From a virus, in IMG/VR virus record IMGVR_UViG_3300027111_000004, positions 1-40,689 of that record: a DNA stretch of 40,689 nucleotides; one strand, 5' to 3'. The position numbers and the translations under genes were made by a program. Positions 38,818-40,689 of this stretch are shown here, piece after piece. Below the pieces are notes generated by a model. It did not search any database, had not been told where the DNA came from, and saw only the letters and a list, made by a program, of their open reading frames with translations. How positions within the stretch are numbered: the first letter of the stretch is position 1; the number at the start of each line of letters is the position of its first letter.

Positions 38818-39987
38818 ATGGCTGGATCTTTTTTTCACGGCGTGACGACCACGCTGATTGATACCGGTGCGCGCACTATCTCGCTGCCGTCGTCCTCGAT
38901 CATTGGTCTTTGCGACACCTTCACCCCGGGCGTTCTCGGCGGCGGCACGGCCAAGGCCGGCGAACTGATCCTGCTCACGTCCGAGCGCGAGGCCATCGCC
39001 GCATTCGGTGCTGACTCGGCGATCACCAAGGCCGCCCAGGCGATCTACGTGCGCGCCAAGGCGGTAATCGTCGCCGTCGGTGTGCCCAAGCTGGAAGACG
39101 CCGCGCTGCAAACCTCAGCGATCATCGGCGGCGTTCTGGTCGGTGGCCAGCGTACCGGCCTGCAAGCTTTGCTTGATGGCAAGAGCAAGCATAACGCGCA
39201 GCCCAAGTTGCTGATCGCCCCGAAACATTCCGCCACTCAGGCCGTGGCGACCGCCATGGACGCACTGGCTGCCAAGCTGCGCGCAATCGCGATTGTCGAC
39301 GGCCCGAACACGACCGACGAGGCGGTGCTGGCCTACGCCCAGGAGTTCGGCAGCAAGCGCGTTTATCTGGTTGATCCGGGTGTGCAGTATTGGGACACCG
39401 TGACCAGCGCGACGATCGATGCCCCCGGTTCTGCCTGGGTGGCGGGCCTGTTCGCGTGGACCGATGCGACTTACGGCTACTGGGCTTCGCCGTCGAACAA
39501 AGAGTTTGTCGGCATCACCGGCACCAGTCGCCCGATTGAGTACCTGGACGGCGACGAAACCTGCCGGGCCAACCTGCTCAACAACGCCAATGTCAGCACG
39601 ATCATTCGTGACGGCGGCTATCGCCTGTGGGGCAACCGCACGCTGTCGAGTGATCCGAAGTGGTCGTTTGTCACTCGCGTTCGTACCTGCGACATCCTGA
39701 TGGATGCGATCCAGGCGGGGCACAAATGGGCGGTCGACCGCTCGATCACCAAAACCTACGTCAAGGACGTGACCGAGGGCCTGCAAGCGTTCATGCGCGA
39801 CCAGAAGGCCGCCGGCGCAATCATCAACTTTGAAGTCTACCCGGACACCGAAATGAACACGGCCAGCCAGCTCGAACAGGGCAAGGTTTATTGGCGCATC
39901 CGTTTCACCGACGTGCCGCCGGCTGAAAACCCGAATTTCCTGATCGAGGTCACCAACGAGTGGCTGACCGAAGTGCTTGAAGCCTAA
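38818..39987 (+). CDS. Tail sheath protein, P2 gpFI-like (389 aa)
   Basis: GGAG RBS 10 nt before ATG 38818. MAGSFFHGVTTTLIDTGARTI... is the typical sheath N-terminus. Size and position before the tube gene also fit. Confidence 0.9.
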   Translation: MAGSFFHGVTTTLIDTGARTISLPSSSIIGLCDTFTPGVLGGGTAKAGELILLTSEREAIAAFGADSAITKAAQAIYVRAKAVIVAVGVPKLEDAALQTSAIIGGVLVGGQRTGLQALLDGKSKHNAQPKLLIAPKHSATQAVATAMDALAAKLRAIAIVDGPNTTDEAVLAYAQEFGSKRVYLVDPGVQYWDTVTSATIDAPGSAWVAGLFAWTDATYGYWASPSNKEFVGITGTSRPIEYLDGDETCRANLLNNANVSTIIRDGGYRLWGNRTLSSDPKWSFVTRVRTCDILMDAIQAGHKWAVDRSITKTYVKDVTEGLQAFMRDQKAAGAIINFEVYPDTEMNTASQLEQGKVYWRIRFTDVPPAENPNFLIEVTNEWLTEVLEA

Positions 39988-39999
39988 GGGGGCTTACCG

Positions 40000-40503
40000 A
40001 TGATTCCTCAAGTTCTGAAGAACATGAACCTGTTTGTGGACGGCGTCAGCTTTTCCGGCGACGTGCCCACCCTGACGCTGCCGAAACTGACCCTCAAAAC
40101 CGAGGACTATCAGGGCGGCGGCATGTTCGCCCCGATCGAATTTGCCGTGGGCATGGAAAAGATCGAATCGGCCTTTAGCACCAACGGCGTGCGCCGCGAG
40201 GCGCTGAAATTCTTCGGTTTGGCTGACCAGACGGCCACGAGCCTGACGTTTCGCGGCGCCTTCGCGGATCTGAAAGGCCGCATTACGCCGGTGATCGTCA
40301 CCATGCGCGGCGGCGTGAAAGAAGTGGACATGGGCGACTGGAAGCCGGCCGGCGTGGGCGAAATCAAGCACGCCGTGAAGCTCACGTACTACAAGCTCGA
40401 AATCGACGGTCGCCTTATGTACGAGATCGATCCGCTCGCAATGATCATGGTTGTCGATGGTGTAGACCAGTTGGCCGCCGAACGTTCGGCCCTCGGCCTG
40501 TAA
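40000..40503 (+). CDS. Tail tube protein, P2 gpFII-like (167 aa)
   Basis: MIPQVLKNMNLFVDGVSFSGDVPTLTLPKLTLKTEDY is the typical tube N-terminus. Confidence 0.9.
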   Translation: MIPQVLKNMNLFVDGVSFSGDVPTLTLPKLTLKTEDYQGGGMFAPIEFAVGMEKIESAFSTNGVRREALKFFGLADQTATSLTFRGAFADLKGRITPVIVTMRGGVKEVDMGDWKPAGVGEIKHAVKLTYYKLEIDGRLMYEIDPLAMIMVVDGVDQLAAERSALGL

Positions 40504-40514
40504 GGAAATAGAAC

Positions 40515-40689
40515 ATGACTCAAGAAAACGCAGAACAGAAATTGCCGTCGTGGCTGGCCGTGAGTGATGACAGCGCGATCATCACCTTGAAGGGGGCCGC
40601 CGAGTTCGGCGGCATCAAGGTCGACAAGCTGACCATGCGAGCGCCGACGGTACGTGACACGCGTGCCGCAACTGCCACGGCAAAGGGTG
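40515..40689 (+). CDS. Tail assembly chaperone gpE-like, 5' part (continues at base 128 of the window via the terminal overlap)
   Basis: ATG 40515 (MTQENAEQKLPSWLAVSDDSAIITLKG...). From 40563 on, the sequence is identical to bases 1-127. Confidence 0.8.
   Translation, partial: MTQENAEQKLPSWLAVSDDSAIITLKGAAEFGGIKVDKLTMRAPTVRDTRAATATAKG
40563..40689. repeat. Terminal overlap, second copy (identical to 1-127)
   Basis: Read directly. Confidence 0.95.

Overview
The window is one complete, circularly closed unit of 40,562 bp. Bases 1-127 repeat exactly at 40563-40689, and a tail gene reads through the junction. It is a GC-rich temperate myovirus genome that also carries plasmid maintenance genes, so it is a candidate phage-plasmid.

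Gene modules on the circle:
- P2-type contractile tail: sheath FI, tube FII, E/E' chaperone pair, tape measure, U, X, D; V, W, J, I, tail fibre H, fibre assembly G.
- Lambda-type packaging and head: Nu1-like and gpA-like terminase, gpW-like, lambda-family portal, a ClpP-protease/scaffold/major-capsid fusion, and a DUF2190-like decoration protein.
- A split lysis system: holin at 24.2 kb; GH19 endolysin plus nested Rz/Rz1 spanins at 5.4-6.6 kb.
- Lysogeny and regulation: a CI/Cro-type switch, a Q-like antiterminator with a pR'-like promoter-terminator unit, and a P4-type tyrosine integrase.
- Plasmid functions: an IncFII-type RepA replicon and a type Ib ParA/RHH (ParF/ParG-like) partition operon.
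- About 25 small ORFs of unknown function.

Most notable non-genic signals:
1. A palindrome CGTTAC-N1-2-GTAACG dispersed in about 15 copies around the whole circle, inside genes in all three frames and in intergenic DNA.
2. Six arrays of an 8-bp periodic repeat T(A/G)ACGAA(A/T) at two loci. They bracket the parA promoter and create promoters for three small genes.
3. A predicted ~80-nt sRNA whose 18-nt 5' end is perfectly complementary to the leader of a 32-codon ORF 300 bp away, a type I toxin-antitoxin-like layout.
4. A TTACAC-N5-GTGTAA operator family at the immunity region, the late promoter and beside the replicon.
5. A tail-chaperone frameshift that must be +1 or -2 rather than the usual -1.

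No tRNA, rRNA, CRISPR array or IS element was seen. All functional calls come from reading the translated motifs and gene order. No database search was run.
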